Source of the DNA: Phoronis australis
Lineage: Eukaryota > Animalia > Phoronida
Direction: 5' to 3'
Assembly (NCBI GenBank): GCA_002633005.1
Contig: NMRA01000088.1
Span: forward strand, 306,186-370,185
Length of the DNA: 64,000 nucleotides
Every line of letters begins with the position of its first letter. The first letter of the stretch is position 1. Position numbers and translations under genes: made by a program. Below, piece by piece: positions 1 to 13,900 of this stretch. The notes under the pieces are model-generated. The model was given only the letters and a program-made list of their open reading frames with translations, was not told the origin of the DNA and made no database searches.

Positions 1-143
1 CAGACTGTTGTTCAGTGATTTGATGCCAAGTTCATTTGTCATCCTGTTTGAAGGTCTTTGTAAGTTTGACTTGGCCTATTTGTGACTGCATGAGTTATCT
101 CCCTTTTCGCTGTAGTGCTGAACACCATTGGGATACCTGGATA

Positions 144-272
144 GGGTTCCGTAACGCTAGGACCTCGCTAAAATGCAAAACTGCGAGATTACGCGAGATA
201 TTGGCATGTATTTTAAATGAGAAGATGTGATTTGGGGTAAATTTTTCTAGCCGCGAGAAAGCTACTGAACTC
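144..272. mobile_element. ~130 bp MITE, family A copy 1 (TIR consensus GAGTTCAGTAACGCTAGGACCTCGC)
   Basis: Similar to 51663-51798 and inverted 56614-56743; flanked by TA on both sides; right TIR partly deleted. Confidence 0.7.
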
Positions 273-1952
273 TACCTGATGTTTTCAGCACCTCAATCGA
301 GACGGGTGCAGGTAATCACTGAATGGCAGCTCCCTTTGAACGAGGCATAGAAAGGTATATAGAAATGAACGAGGCATAGAAAGGTCTATAGAAACGACTG
401 GTTTGAAACAACACAAGTTTATTTAACATAAAAAAGTAAGCAAAAGATTCACAAGACTTAAAATTGCACAAGGTCAAAGTGATTGGAAGACATTGTTTAA
501 TTTTAATTTGTTACCTAAAAGCAACCAATCGAAATGACTGTTAAGAAATTGAAGACATGGTTCATGACTAAAATTTGGTTCTTAAAAGTAACAAATCAAC
601 ACCATTATGGCAACACATTATTTTAATATATTATGTTAATATATGGAAGTAATGATATATATTAACATAATATATTTATATTTTAAGGTTCTGCAAAACA
701 GTAATAACCCTTAAGACGGCAGATAGAATATGTCTACTCTTTATAAACACTCATTTTCAGCAGCATTTCTCATCTGCCTAAAATTCGGTATGGTGAAAGG
801 TACAAAAAAATCAAAAATTCCTTTGCATAAAAACAAAACGTACCTCAATAACAAATTTAAAAAAACGTAAATTTCCAAAGTTTAACAACTATTAAAATTC
901 AATAAAACAATTGCTCATCACCTAACAGCACAGAATAATCAAAGAATATTAATTTAAGCAACAATCCGTATTTTACAAAAAATACATCAACTATAATTAT
1001 AATTATTTAATAAATAAGTTACAACAAATCGAAGAATGCGTCTCAAATGATTGGATTTCTCAGGATTAAAGCTCACATCATTCCGTGTGCGTTATGCCAG
1101 ACAATCATCACTTCAGAATATCATGTCAGTTTTTGGCCATAGTAGGATCAAAAAACGGACAATAGTCTTATTGTTAATAACCTGATGATGTCTAATAAAT
1201 AGACGAAACGTCGAATCAATATGAACTTTTTCATTTGTGTGGCGATTGTCCGTTTTTTTGATACCCCAGAATATGTTTTCAAGACATAAACATCCAATAT
1301 CAAAGAGCATTTCCGTCTGTGATTCTTGATCGGCAGTAAAAGACAAATCAAACCATGAAAAAATGCATGTTTCATGTACATCATCTGGGCGATGTCTTTT
1401 TATCTGGTGTGTAGGTGGCAGCACAAGTCTCCAGATCAATACAGTTATGTAAATTTAACATTCTGTCACTTATCACTTGGCGACGATAAAACTGTTGTCA
1501 TGAGTTGATTAAATAAAATAGCAAGCAACCCAAACAATTAGCAATGCAAATAGGAATTGTAAATTGTAACTTTTATAATAAAGAAAACAATTTTATTTCT
1601 CGTAGCATTACTGAGCAACATGCACTACATAGTGCAATTACCTGCCATGTTAAACATGACGGCAAATTGGTTTGCAACAAAAACTAGTAGAGCTTGAAAT
1701 ATTCTGTTACTTCCTAGCTGTACGAATCAAAAATTAGACTTATGTCATGAAAAAATATTGCTGTTTCAAGGGCCTCCTACAGAACACTTCTAAAACTAAA
1801 AGTTCATCGACTCATTTACTAGATAAGCCAACACTACACTGTATTATCTTAATACTCGTATCACACACAAAATTCTATACAAAACATACTTCATTTCCCA
1901 CACTTTGGCCACTAGAGTAAGCAGTCAATGACCTGTCTCACCTAGCACGTAC

Positions 1953-4900
1953 ATTGTCATAGTGATTTTCTGTTTCAGCGACAGGTATGTAATTTCCTTG
2001 AAAAGGACATCACTATGACAACACGCGCCGGGCTGACTAATTGTCCATTTCTTTAACCTTTGAAATTTCAGTACAGTAAGTTTTCTGGATAAATTACAGT
2101 TTGGCAACACTTTTAACAACAGTATTGGATTGTATCAGTTTTTATTTGCAAAATCGATGGTATTGATGAAGCTATGTTTGTCTCCGCCCGTTAAGACACA
2201 AGTCTCGCCAGATCTTCATCATCTCCTAACAATGTGATAATATACATGCATAACAGTACATGCAAAGTGTTTTATGTAGATAAACGTTCAGTGTTCGATG
2301 TCAACTTTAAAAAGTGAAACTTTGAATAATGACAATATTTTACATCTTTGCTCGTCCATACTACCGCCACCTATGAAGATAACTGTAAATCATCCGAGCG
2401 TATGACACGGTCATGTATAGACTTGGCTGTCATGATGGCCATCAAAGACGGAAAATGGCTAGACCACTCATGTTTTCCCACCTGTATCACAGAATAGATT
2501 TACCTGCTCATGTTGGTATCGTTATCACACTTGACTGACCAATTCTACTAGTTCCACGTTGCCATGGAAACCATTGAGCAGGATAATAACTAACCAAATA
2601 TCACTGGTGTTAGTTGTATTGCACGACTTGTCATCTTTGCAGTCTTTGGTGACACCGAGGAGCTTGGCAATTGCTTTGTATCGCTTTGGCAACTGTTTGA
2701 TTTTTTCTTGAACCCCCTTTTGTGCTTCTGGTTGCAGCATTGATACCTTGGTAAAATGAGAAAGAATTAGTGGAGTTATGGACCTGCGGCAAAAATTTTC
2801 CAATGTGAGACAGTCTCTAGAGTTTGAGACACGGAAATTCCTGCAAATTCGAATCATTCTTTATTCTGGAATTTGGGACATCAGGGTGATTTTGGTGTTC
2901 ACCGTATTTCTGAAATTTCGTACAATGAATTTTCAATCTACAGAGTGGGTAATTTTGACGTTTTTGCAGTGATTCTTGAATATGGGACGGTCAATATTAT
3001 CTATTAATAGAATTTGGGATAACCTGTAAGCTTGAGCAAAGTAGTCAAATTTTCACTGTCTCGACCTCACGACAATCTGGGAGCACACACGGGGTGCAAC
3101 CATTGCCGGCGCACACCAATTAGGCAAACGCATAATTTTGAAATAAGTTTCAAGTGCTAAAATGCCCCCGTCATTACCCGAATTTCTTAAAAAGTGATAC
3201 GTGACTGTTCATGTCTGTTCTTATTTCGGGTCCAAACCACTTAACATCCGTACACATAAAGATGGCTCCTTATACAAATTAAATAATTAAACTTCTTGTC
3301 ACAAAATACAGCAGGTATCATCTGAGAGCTACATTGTAGAAATGAAGAAAGTTTTGAGAGCTCCATTCCATAGACCACAAGGCACTACAGCTTGCAGCAC
3401 GAATATGCCGCGAGTGAAAAACCTAGAACGGAAACAATCGCTTTAATTTCAGTGGCTTCCATTTTGCTAGGATAGACTAGTACGCTCCTAAGTACCACAT
3501 GCGAAACACTCGCCCTTCAATAGCGTGATTTTGCGACATTTATTCGCAAGAAACTTGATCTCTATAGAGGGCACTCTGCATCACTTACTAGTATATTCTC
3601 CATGACTTTAAAGTCTTCTGCTCTCATCTGCCATATTGAAATGACAACCTCACGAGGGATTTCTGCAAAAGAATTGTGAAAATACTGAACCATAAACTTT
3701 ATTACTTGGCGGAATTCTTCGAATTCCGACAAGTATGTTGCTCTGTCGTCAAGTTTTTTTTTTTTTTGTTCGCACTCTACAGGTCGCAATTTTCGTCCGA
3801 TTTTCACGAAATTTGCACAGAACATGTAGATTGAGATGTATTGGAACGCTATTGTTTTTGGTCATGATCGGATACAAAATGGCGGACGTGGCGGCCATTT
3901 TGTATCCGATTTCACAGTCAAATACTCGTAGAGGCCGCATTTTTGGACCTACATGGCTGAAAATCGATACGAATATACTACAACGCATGTGCTACAATTG
4001 TGCAGAAAATCGTTGACTTCTGGTTAAAGATGGCGGAAATATTGGACGTGGCGCATGCGCACCCCGAAATATGGCTAAAAACGTTTTCTCCTGTAGAGGG
4101 CGCAATTGCAAACCAATCACTTTCAAACTGGTCACGTGTTTGTTGAGTTTAATAAGCTTTTATAAAAAGTTATTGAACCGGAAGTCACCTTCAAGATGGC
4201 GGCTGTGGGGCATGTTCACACGGTTTCAATCGCTCTGGTGTCACATTTTTTATGGGAAGAGCAAATGACGTTTCAAAAAGTCTGCGAGAGCGTATTTCTC
4301 AGACTTACCGTTTTCGAGTTATTTGACATTGAATTTCAAAAAAAAAACAGCAAATTTTCAATTTTCTCGAAATTTTTTTGGATTTTTGCCAAACTACCAG
4401 ACCCAGACTGACCCAGCCAGCACTGTCCTACTTTAAAGCATGGCTCGTCCGTCATGTTGCGCCATCTATTGTTCTTTATTGTAGTTGATTGTATGCTCTC
4501 TATTTGATTTTTTGCTAGTCACATGAATGTTATCGTGTTTGACAAACTACCACTTTAGATAGAGTTTTGAACGGGCTTTCAGATGATAATTTTCAACTTG
4601 CGCTACGACGTCTACTTTTTGAATTATTCGAGATTTTCGAATACCATTATTCCTTCGGTCACACGCAGCTGGCTGGCTTTCAGTTCACTTTGTTTTGATT
4701 ATGCCTAGTTGACCCAGACTGACCCAGCCAGCACTGTTCTACTGTAGACTGGACCGTCATGTTGTGTCATCTATTGTTCTTCATTGTAGGTCATTATATG
4801 CTCTCTATTCGATTTCTTCGCTAGTCACATAAATGTTACCGTGTTATCCATTATTGCCGCCTTGATCGTCATGATTGTCGTCGTCGCTCTCATTGTCGTC

Positions 4901-7900
4901 TTTTCGATTAATTCCGCCAANACTCGTCCGTCATGCTGGGCCATCTATTGTTCTTTATTGTAGTTGATTGTCTGCTCTCTATTTGATTTCTTCGCTAGTC
5001 ACATGAATGTTATCGTGTTATCGTCTTATTCATCATTGCCGCCGTGATCGTCTTGATTGTCGTCGTCTCCCTCATCGTCGTCTTTTCGATTAGTTCCGCC
5101 AAGTGTCGCTCCTCCGAGCGCTCTCGTCTAATATATCTTGTTGGAATGACCTACATTTGAAAAGCAATTATCCCCGGTTCTGTATCATCAAAAATATTTT
5201 CAAATTAAACTGGGAAACAATATCTTCCACAGAAATTCCGATGCATACTTAGAGGCCGCCACATCCAAATTGTTTTAATATTGATAAAAATTACATTGAC
5301 ATGAAATAGTAATAGGACTAAAGAGCTACATTTTGCCGAGCTAAGCTGGCTAAAATGAAAATCGAATTCGGCCTTTATCATTGTCCTTCCATAATAGGAT
5401 TCTATTTCAGTTAGCAACACAAACAGAACTTTTTGACGTTCATACAATGAAAAAAATCAATTTTCAATGACGGATTTAGTTTTTATTGGGGGGAGGGGGG
5501 AGATTGTTGCCATAAACAGGCAGCTGTTATGATCACCAACACCCATCTCTGTTTCCAGTCCAAACAAAAGAAGCCTGTCATAAAAATCCAGACACCAGTG
5601 GTAAGTGCCCATTGTCTAATCCCAACTAGAAAGAAATGTTGCCTGCTGGGAAATGCCATGTAGCGCCTAATGAATTGTGAAGTAAACCAACTTTGTGATT
5701 TATCATTTAATACACTTGTGAGATAAAAAACGGTCAGGCAATGGGTACATTTCTTACTTCTATTGTTGTTTGCTAATGTCATTATACAACTACAAACAAA
5801 TGATGATTACATAAGCATGTCACAGTACCAGCACATGTAGAACAATATGCCAGATATGAACTGTGCCAGTTATGCTGTAACTGATTCAGCTGTCATGAGT
5901 CAGAATGTGCCATCTTAAGTGCAAAGGCAGTTCTACTTTTTCAGTAAGGGGGGGTTAGGATTTGCTAGAATCTGTGGCGCGTGTACAGTGCCGAGCGGGG
6001 GAGGAACCCTTTACCGTGTAAGATTTTTTGTTTTTTGTAGCTGATTTTGTTTTCCAACGTTTTTTTTTATTTTCATTTTTGATCCTGTCCCTTTTTAATA
6101 AATTTCAATTCCCATCTCTCAGAGTACACCAGCGCCCTCTGTATGTCTACAGTATGTTCTCATCATCATACGATCACCAATGCTTGATCACGAGAACGAA
6201 ATCTGAAAAGTGGGGTTAACTTATCATACATAATCCACCATGAACAAAATCGCTCCTGGCACGGGCTATAATCAGCAAACATGGTAGCGCCGCACGTTAC
6301 ACTTGTTTGCGTGACTTTCCTGTTACTCCCTCTGTTTGTCATTCTTTGCACTATTTCACACATGCCTTGTCCCACTGTATGTTACTAGCTTTTTCTCTTC
6401 AGCTGTGGTGGCATTACTGCGTCATTTTATTTCCACTTGAGAATGAATCAAGGTTTCAAAATATCGTGTGTCTTTTAATCATGTCTCTTGGCCAGTTACT
6501 TAACCAATGTTCTGTTGAATGTCGAACTTTCTGAGGATACCAACGGAACGGAATAAAGATACTCAACAACAACAGGTGTCGTGTCTTTAACAAGTTTTGC
6601 ATATACAGATACACATACGATAAAAATTTCCGAATATAGACAGTGAAAAATAAATATTTTGAATCTGTTCTAAATTTTAGAAATAGGCAATATTGGCCAT
6701 CCGAAATTCGAGAAATATAAGAAAAAAGGCAAAATCAACGGTGTCCGAAACTCGGGAGACTGTCCCAAGAGCTAGGCCTGACTTTATCACAAAATCTAAT
6801 CTAAGGTCCTATTGTGTGCATTAGGGAATAATTCATAGCAATGATAACCCACAGCCTAAAATAAATTGACATGAGGCAATTTTTCTATGCCAACATTTGG
6901 GGTATCCAGCACCTATAAGTGAAGTTAAGCCAGATGGTGACAAGTACTTGTCCTAATCAATTCACGATAAAATTAGTGCACGTAGCTTAGTTGCCCTGTT
7001 GAAGAAATCCTATTTCTCTTACAATGCATCGATTTTAAAAATAGTATTTACTTTTCAATTTTAAAAACAGTCATTTTGGTTATTTTCCTTACTTACTGTG
7101 TTTTTCACTTTGAAATTAGTAAGTTTAACACCCCCCACCCCCCATTGTTTACAACAGCATAATCTCCATCAATACACATTTGGCCAGGTCCTTGAATAGA
7201 GGCTGCTAACTTCAATCTAGGACAGCTAGTACCATCAAGCCTGAGATGTGCCCTAGAATTTGCTGGATACTCTGGGGTGAACAGACGCTTTCTCATCCAC
7301 TTGCATGCAAATCCCGTGTTAGGACAAGATTTGCCTATTTGATGTATCCTAGACTAGTGATTTTTCAAACTGTTTATAACAGCCATCACTTGAGTCATTG
7401 TCATACACACTCTTCTACACACGTGACTGCTTCAAATTCAAACAAAACAAATTATTGAAATTGTCATTCCATTTTCTCAAAAGACCACTATACTTTCCTA
7501 AAAATACTTAAGATGTTTTACATTAGATGCCCTGTGCCTCTGTCATTGCCATTAAAGATTCTTATGAGAAGTTCATAAATTAATAGCTGATTACCCAGCT
7601 CTGGCACTTATACCAGCTCTTCCTCTGATTATGTTGACATGCAAGTAATGGAATCTTTGATTGCTGCATAATTTTTGTGACAGACATAAGCTATCATGCC
7701 ATGCCAAGAATTGTATGACACTTGGCTTATCTCAAAATCCAACTGCTGCCTGCTGGTTTGGTAATTGGCCCAATTATGTTGTACACCCAGTAGAATTAAT
7801 GAGGAACATATTATTACAACATTACACAATCGTTTTAGGTTGTAAACACATTTTCTTTCCGATTTTCAAAATTTAAAAACCTAATCACGAACCATAAAAA

Positions 7901-10900
7901 TATGCTGTTTAAAAACTTTCATAGCGAAAACTTAAAAGTACTATTTTCACCTCCAATGTTTTTATGATGGGTCTGATTATCTAAAGAACAACAACATCAG
8001 CACCCTGAGGTGATGTAATTAGCTACAACAGCATGGTGTCTTTGATTAATACCGGCAAATTTCGAAGTACGCAGACCCAACTGAGTTGCCAAATCTTGAG
8101 CAGAAAGTGTGTCGATGTAGGATTCTTTTCACGGCTATTTCCCAATTCATGCATATTCACCTTTCATGGCAGTAAGAAGAGAACCCATTCCTTCAAGTGT
8201 CTCCTTCGGAACTGTGCTAGGCAATGTGCAGCAACTGTTTCGCACATCTCTGTTTGAGTCTGGCTCTGTGATATCATAACCCAACTGACCAACAAATGAT
8301 TTCCACGAATTGTAGCAGAAAACTTCACCAGGAGGAGAGTGGGTTATTTCCATGGGGTGGTCTTTGGTGGGGTCATTGGTCTTGTGTTGAACCGATTGAC
8401 TAAACTTGAAAAGAAGGTCATCTAGACTGAGCTTTATGCCATCTATTTGGTCTCACAAAAATGATGTATTAGAGTGAACATGAGAGAGAGGGAGAGGGAG
8501 GGAGGGAGGGAGNAGCTAAGCTCATTTGTACATTTTACATTGCAGCGTTTGGTATAGGTGGCAATTTCATGTCCGGATATGTGAACATACTTCTTCAGTT
8601 ATTTTGCTCAGAACAGGTTAAAAGATGAATAAAATAAGTGATCCGAAAAAAACTTTCAACTTTCAAATTGATCAATGTCAGTAACGATACCGGCCAAATC
8701 AGATTCTGAAAACTGGATAACACAGGTCATCATATGTATAATTTTGATGGCTGATCAGTACTTTTAATAAAAGCACCATCATCAAACATATGCACAGGAA
8801 GGTGTACTAGACAACTATAAACAGAAACTATTCAATTCAATTTTTTATTTCACTATGCTAATCAAACAGCTCCAATCAATCAACAGGCGTGAAGTATGCA
8901 TAGTCTTTTGGGTACACTTGTATGTTGCTTAACACTAGATCATCAGTGAGTTCCTTGATAAAATGATGATGATGATGATGATGACGAGGACAAGGAGGAT
9001 GATGAGGATGAAGATGAGGAAGAGGACGGGGAAGAGGATGAGGACAAGGATGACAATAACATTGTGAATTTCACCCAGGGATGTCCTCCAACACTGACTT
9101 TCGAAAGTTTATTGTGTCTGTGACAGTACGCTTGCTGGTTAACCATTGGAATTAGTAAAGTTTACTTCTTTTGGTTGGAGACTATAAATTTTCAATACGG
9201 CGGTGTAACTTCTAAACTAGTCACAAATGAAAACAATTGTTAAAATTGCCATTTTCACACTTCTCAAAGACTAACCAAGTTGATTGCAACAAACATTCAA
9301 AATTCTCCAAAATGCTACACTGTGTAAACCATGCACGCGCGAGTTCATTGCCAAAATAAAATTTCACTTGTCCGCCATATTGTGTCTCAAGTCGAAGAAC
9401 TTTTAACATAAGTCATGCTTATCCACTCTCATTAAAATTATTTTAATTCTTCATTAGTAACCAGCTTGCAGTAAACACTTACAAACTCTATCATAAAGTG
9501 GCACATCTTACGATGCTGATCTTGAGACTGTAAACGATTCCACAATTCTTGCAGGGGCTCTCTCCATTTTGTGTGGCTGACAGTCTGCAGTAATCTCTTC
9601 ACATTCTTGTCGACTGTTTTCACATCTGAAAACATTATCTTACTTATACTAATGGACAGGCCACATTAGAAAGTCAGCTAGTTTCATGGCACTTTGTATT
9701 GTGTCAATGGATTTGCACAAGAACCACAAGAGTAATCAATTCTCATTATCACAAACACTGATCTAAGTTCCTTTCCCATGAGCAGAACAATTACCTCATT
9801 AGTGATTACCTCACAGGAATTAAACACTGGTTGAAATAAATTGTAATATTGTAAGCTAAAACTAGTGTTTTTTCTTCTGAAATTGAAGCTCTTGGAAAAC
9901 ACGACAATGATATTACCATTTACATTAAATATCACGGCCTGGATCTAGTCTCGTTATACAGCGAGTTCAGACAGTTCATTTCCATTTCATTTGTGTTCTT
10001 TATATCACAAGTCTATTCAGGTGAAGATAATTGAGTGTCGTCTGCATTCTTTATCAGTCACGCAGCTGACGTAAACCCAGTTATAGTGACCGATTTTTAA
10101 GATTGGTTACTTTTTATGTTCTAAATATTGGTAGAATCATTAATTCTTGAAAATGTGTATTAAAAAAAAGTTTAAAACTTTGGTAGGTAGAGCTGTTTAT
10201 TACATTTAATGACTTTGCTCGCAACATTCGATTAATTGTGTTTGTGCATGGAACTACCTTTCAATGAAAATCGCCGCTGACTGAAATTAAGTCCAGATGC
10301 CTCCAGCTTAGCGTGTTGCTCATAATAGTGGCCAGGTATCTGGACCTCGCCAGCATGCGAAGTAGAACAAATTCATGTCATGAAAGTTTGGTTACTGGCA
10401 TTTTGCCTAAACAATACCAAAAAAACTTAGACAGAAAACGATATAATCAGATTTGTTTTATAGACTTTGTTTTCAATCGCCGTGTGTTCATCTTCCTGTA
10501 TTCATATACAAATCCATTGGGTTTTACAAGTATAGTAATTGCATGTGAAGTCATTGCTGACATGGCAATTGTTCTGCTTCTAAGAAAACGAACTTGAGAA
10601 GCATTCATGACAATGGCCTTGGTTGATGCCAGCCTGACAAAGATCACATTTCCAACGTGCTGTATAGCTACACAGCAAAAATTCTCAGAGATGGAATTTC
10701 AGTAACACAAGCTTCATAAAAGGGAAAAGGGAAGGGGAGGGGGGGATAGAGGGGAGTCGTCAATTTTGATTGTAGACTCTGCAACAAGAAGTACGAAAAA
10801 GCATTTCTTAGTTTTTTAAGTTGTTAATAAAGCTGTTTAACTTCTTGAATTTGATTCACATTTGAAAACAAAATTACTTACAACAAAAACGTTTTGAGTG

Positions 10901-13900
10901 AGACAGGTTTAAGACAACAGTTTGAACTAGTACTTCAGATCTGCAGTCATGTCCATCAATACAGTATCATTTTGCACAAAACACAGTCCTGGTAAACCAA
11001 GGAAGTCTTTCCTTACCTTCTAGTGTTAATAGACGCGGCTCCATAATTCTGCCTGGGTCTATCACGCTCTCTTTCACAATGTTGTTATTTTCCTGGTTAG
11101 GTATCCTCGACTGAATACTTATCAAGAAGCTGATTCTTTCAGATCTGTTCAGGAAATGTTGAAGTCCACTGCGTTAAATATATTCTCAGACATGTGTTGG
11201 TTTAATTATGTTTGGAACAGCTGCTAGGATACATAGGTGTGCTACCATTTGCACACAGCTAACACATTTAACATAAAAATGCCCAGACAAAACTGTTCAC
11301 TGCCCCTAAGTAAGATCCTACACTTTGGATACTAAAACTTAATGCTCAAGTTTAATTTACTACTAATGATTAAAACACTGGGACTACATCATGAATCTGG
11401 TTTGGATAATGATTATTATTTCTCAAACTGAAAAATTCTAATTATTCAAATTATTACCAGTTCTATAAATTTAAAATTGCAACTGCCATTGCAGTAGTGC
11501 TAGTACTATATACTACTAGTACTACTACTACTACTTGTACTCATACTTCTAGTATTACTTAACTACTACTATTGCTCATTAGTACTACTACTACTAATAT
11601 TACTATGATCATTATCACTATCATTATTTACATGAGTATTTACTATCATTGTATTAATACTGTTAAAATAGCAGCATTACATAAGTACCACTGACTATTT
11701 AAGTTTATTGTTATTATTATTATTACAATCATTGTTACTGTTAGTACTATAACTAATATTATTACTGTGTTAATTATTATTACTATTGTTATAATTATTA
11801 ACTCCATATCCATACGTAGTCACTCCTTTCGAGCAAGCATCTAGTCAAGACTCTTATTTGCTCACAGTACTTTACAAATGTAATCTTCTCAGCCATGCCA
11901 TATTGATCAACAGAAAATCATTATGTAATCATAAGCCACCTCAGACTTCTTTTACCACTGATGTGATCACGGGTGAGAAACAACATGACCGCTGGTCCTC
12001 TATAATCGGACCGCCTCACCCAAAACAGGACCTCTGGGGATCAAATGGGACCATCGCACCAGAAAATGGGACTGACGCGCCTAAAAACATGATGACCGCC
12101 CCACCAGAAAACAGGACCGCCGGGGACTGAATATGACCGCCGGGGATTGAAACAGCATATTGTCCGGTGGTCATGTTCAGTCCCCGAGGGCCCTGTTTCG
12201 TGGTGGGGCGGTCATGTTTTTAGGTGCGTCAGTCCCATTTTCTGTTTTGGGTGAGTCAGTCCGATTTAGAGGACCGGCGGTCATGTTGTTTCTCACCCGT
12301 GGTGATGAACTTGCAAGAAAGGTTCTGAGACAAATGATAGCAAAGCGAGAAGCATCTCTTGATATGGAGTTCAAGAAAGTAAAATACAAATGACAATCAA
12401 CAAAAGTAGAATAAAAACTGAGATTTTAATGAGATGACTAAACAACTGCACGATGACAGTTTTCTGCCACCTATAGGGGTTTAGAGGGTGATTTCCAGTA
12501 ACAACCAGGTAGTGATCAAAGAAGAAATCAAACAGAAGATATGATACTGTAGCACAAAAATGATTATGATGATTTCAGCATCACCGCGTGGAGTGCTTGC
12601 AGGATGCTCAAAGTTTACCACAGATATCTGATAAAAAGAATTAACAAAGGCTGATCACACAAATGTCACGAATGATAAATTACAGGATATTGTACCAACA
12701 ATGGTACTGTGGGAGGAGTCATATTTGAACATTTTTTTAAATCAATCGGTGTTTTTTAACCCTAAGTCCTTCGGCGAAATCGCAATCCCTTTAAATATGC
12801 CCACATAAATACACCCACACAAACACAAACAATAAACAAAACGACAGCTGTTATGATTAGCTTTCAATCTTCGCTGTGTTAACAATTAATAAAATAAATT
12901 CAACATTTTAGATTTGGACATGACTGAAGAACTGGCAGTAAAATAACATAAGTACCGAGATTGCAATCCAGCATCCACACCATCCTGCCACCCGGAATCC
13001 TGTTGAAGACAGCACTCTGCCATCTGCTTGATAGGATTAATGCATTTCACATCTGGAATATCAGACCAAATCCATGAGAGGTCACATGCAGACTGACAGC
13101 ACAGTGGTGAAATCAGTCACCTTCATCAGTCAGCAATGATAAGGATGCTATAATGTTCTGAGCCTTAGTGGTAGTAAGGCAGATAGCCCATTAACTAGAT
13201 AATGAGTGCAAAACTGCTTTTTGCACATAGCAATCTCAATGCAAATCGCATTGCAGCATCCCTCATCTGCCAAGCAAAGTGAACCAATGTGGTGTGTTAA
13301 TAATACATCAGCTAACACAGAGCTGAGTGTTAACACACTGGCTTTAGTTTGAAGTATTTATTACATCATCACTAGGAATGCAAATAGCTGAGCCTGTGAC
13401 TTTACACTACACAACAGTATTGGTTAAATATAATTTAACAAAATTTAGATTTTTATTTTAAAGGGAGATCCTGTTAGAGAAGAGACTAAGAATTTTAAGG
13501 TAGATGAGGATGATGGTTTTAGATAATGATAAACCGGTCTTTTCACCTGGCTCAACATGAAAGTTTTTGCAGTTCTATTTCTTTAAAATAACTCCTCAAT
13601 TTGAAATTGAAACAAAACGTTGGCTCACAAAATTCTCTCAAAACGGTCCCCATAAAATCTGTTTGTTTTAGAAAGACTGATTGTGTTCTTCCAAACCTTG
13701 GTGACAAGCTACAGTTATCACTGCTGCAGGGATGATAAAACTTTGAGCAAATTTGTTTTAGGGTTCAACTTTAAGCTGGTCATCATTTGGCTTGAACTGG
13801 GTATGATAAATACTGCAAGATAGAGTTGGTCACGGACACCCAACACAATTTGCTCATTTTGAAAATCAAACTAGCACAGAAGTACTTCATCCTGTGCTCT

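Noticed and set aside
8943-9146. Poly-Ser ORF
   Set aside because: Microsatellite translation
76-10015. Alternative genetic code (TAG reassignment)
   Set aside because: Three conserved genes in the window terminate at TAG at the expected positions
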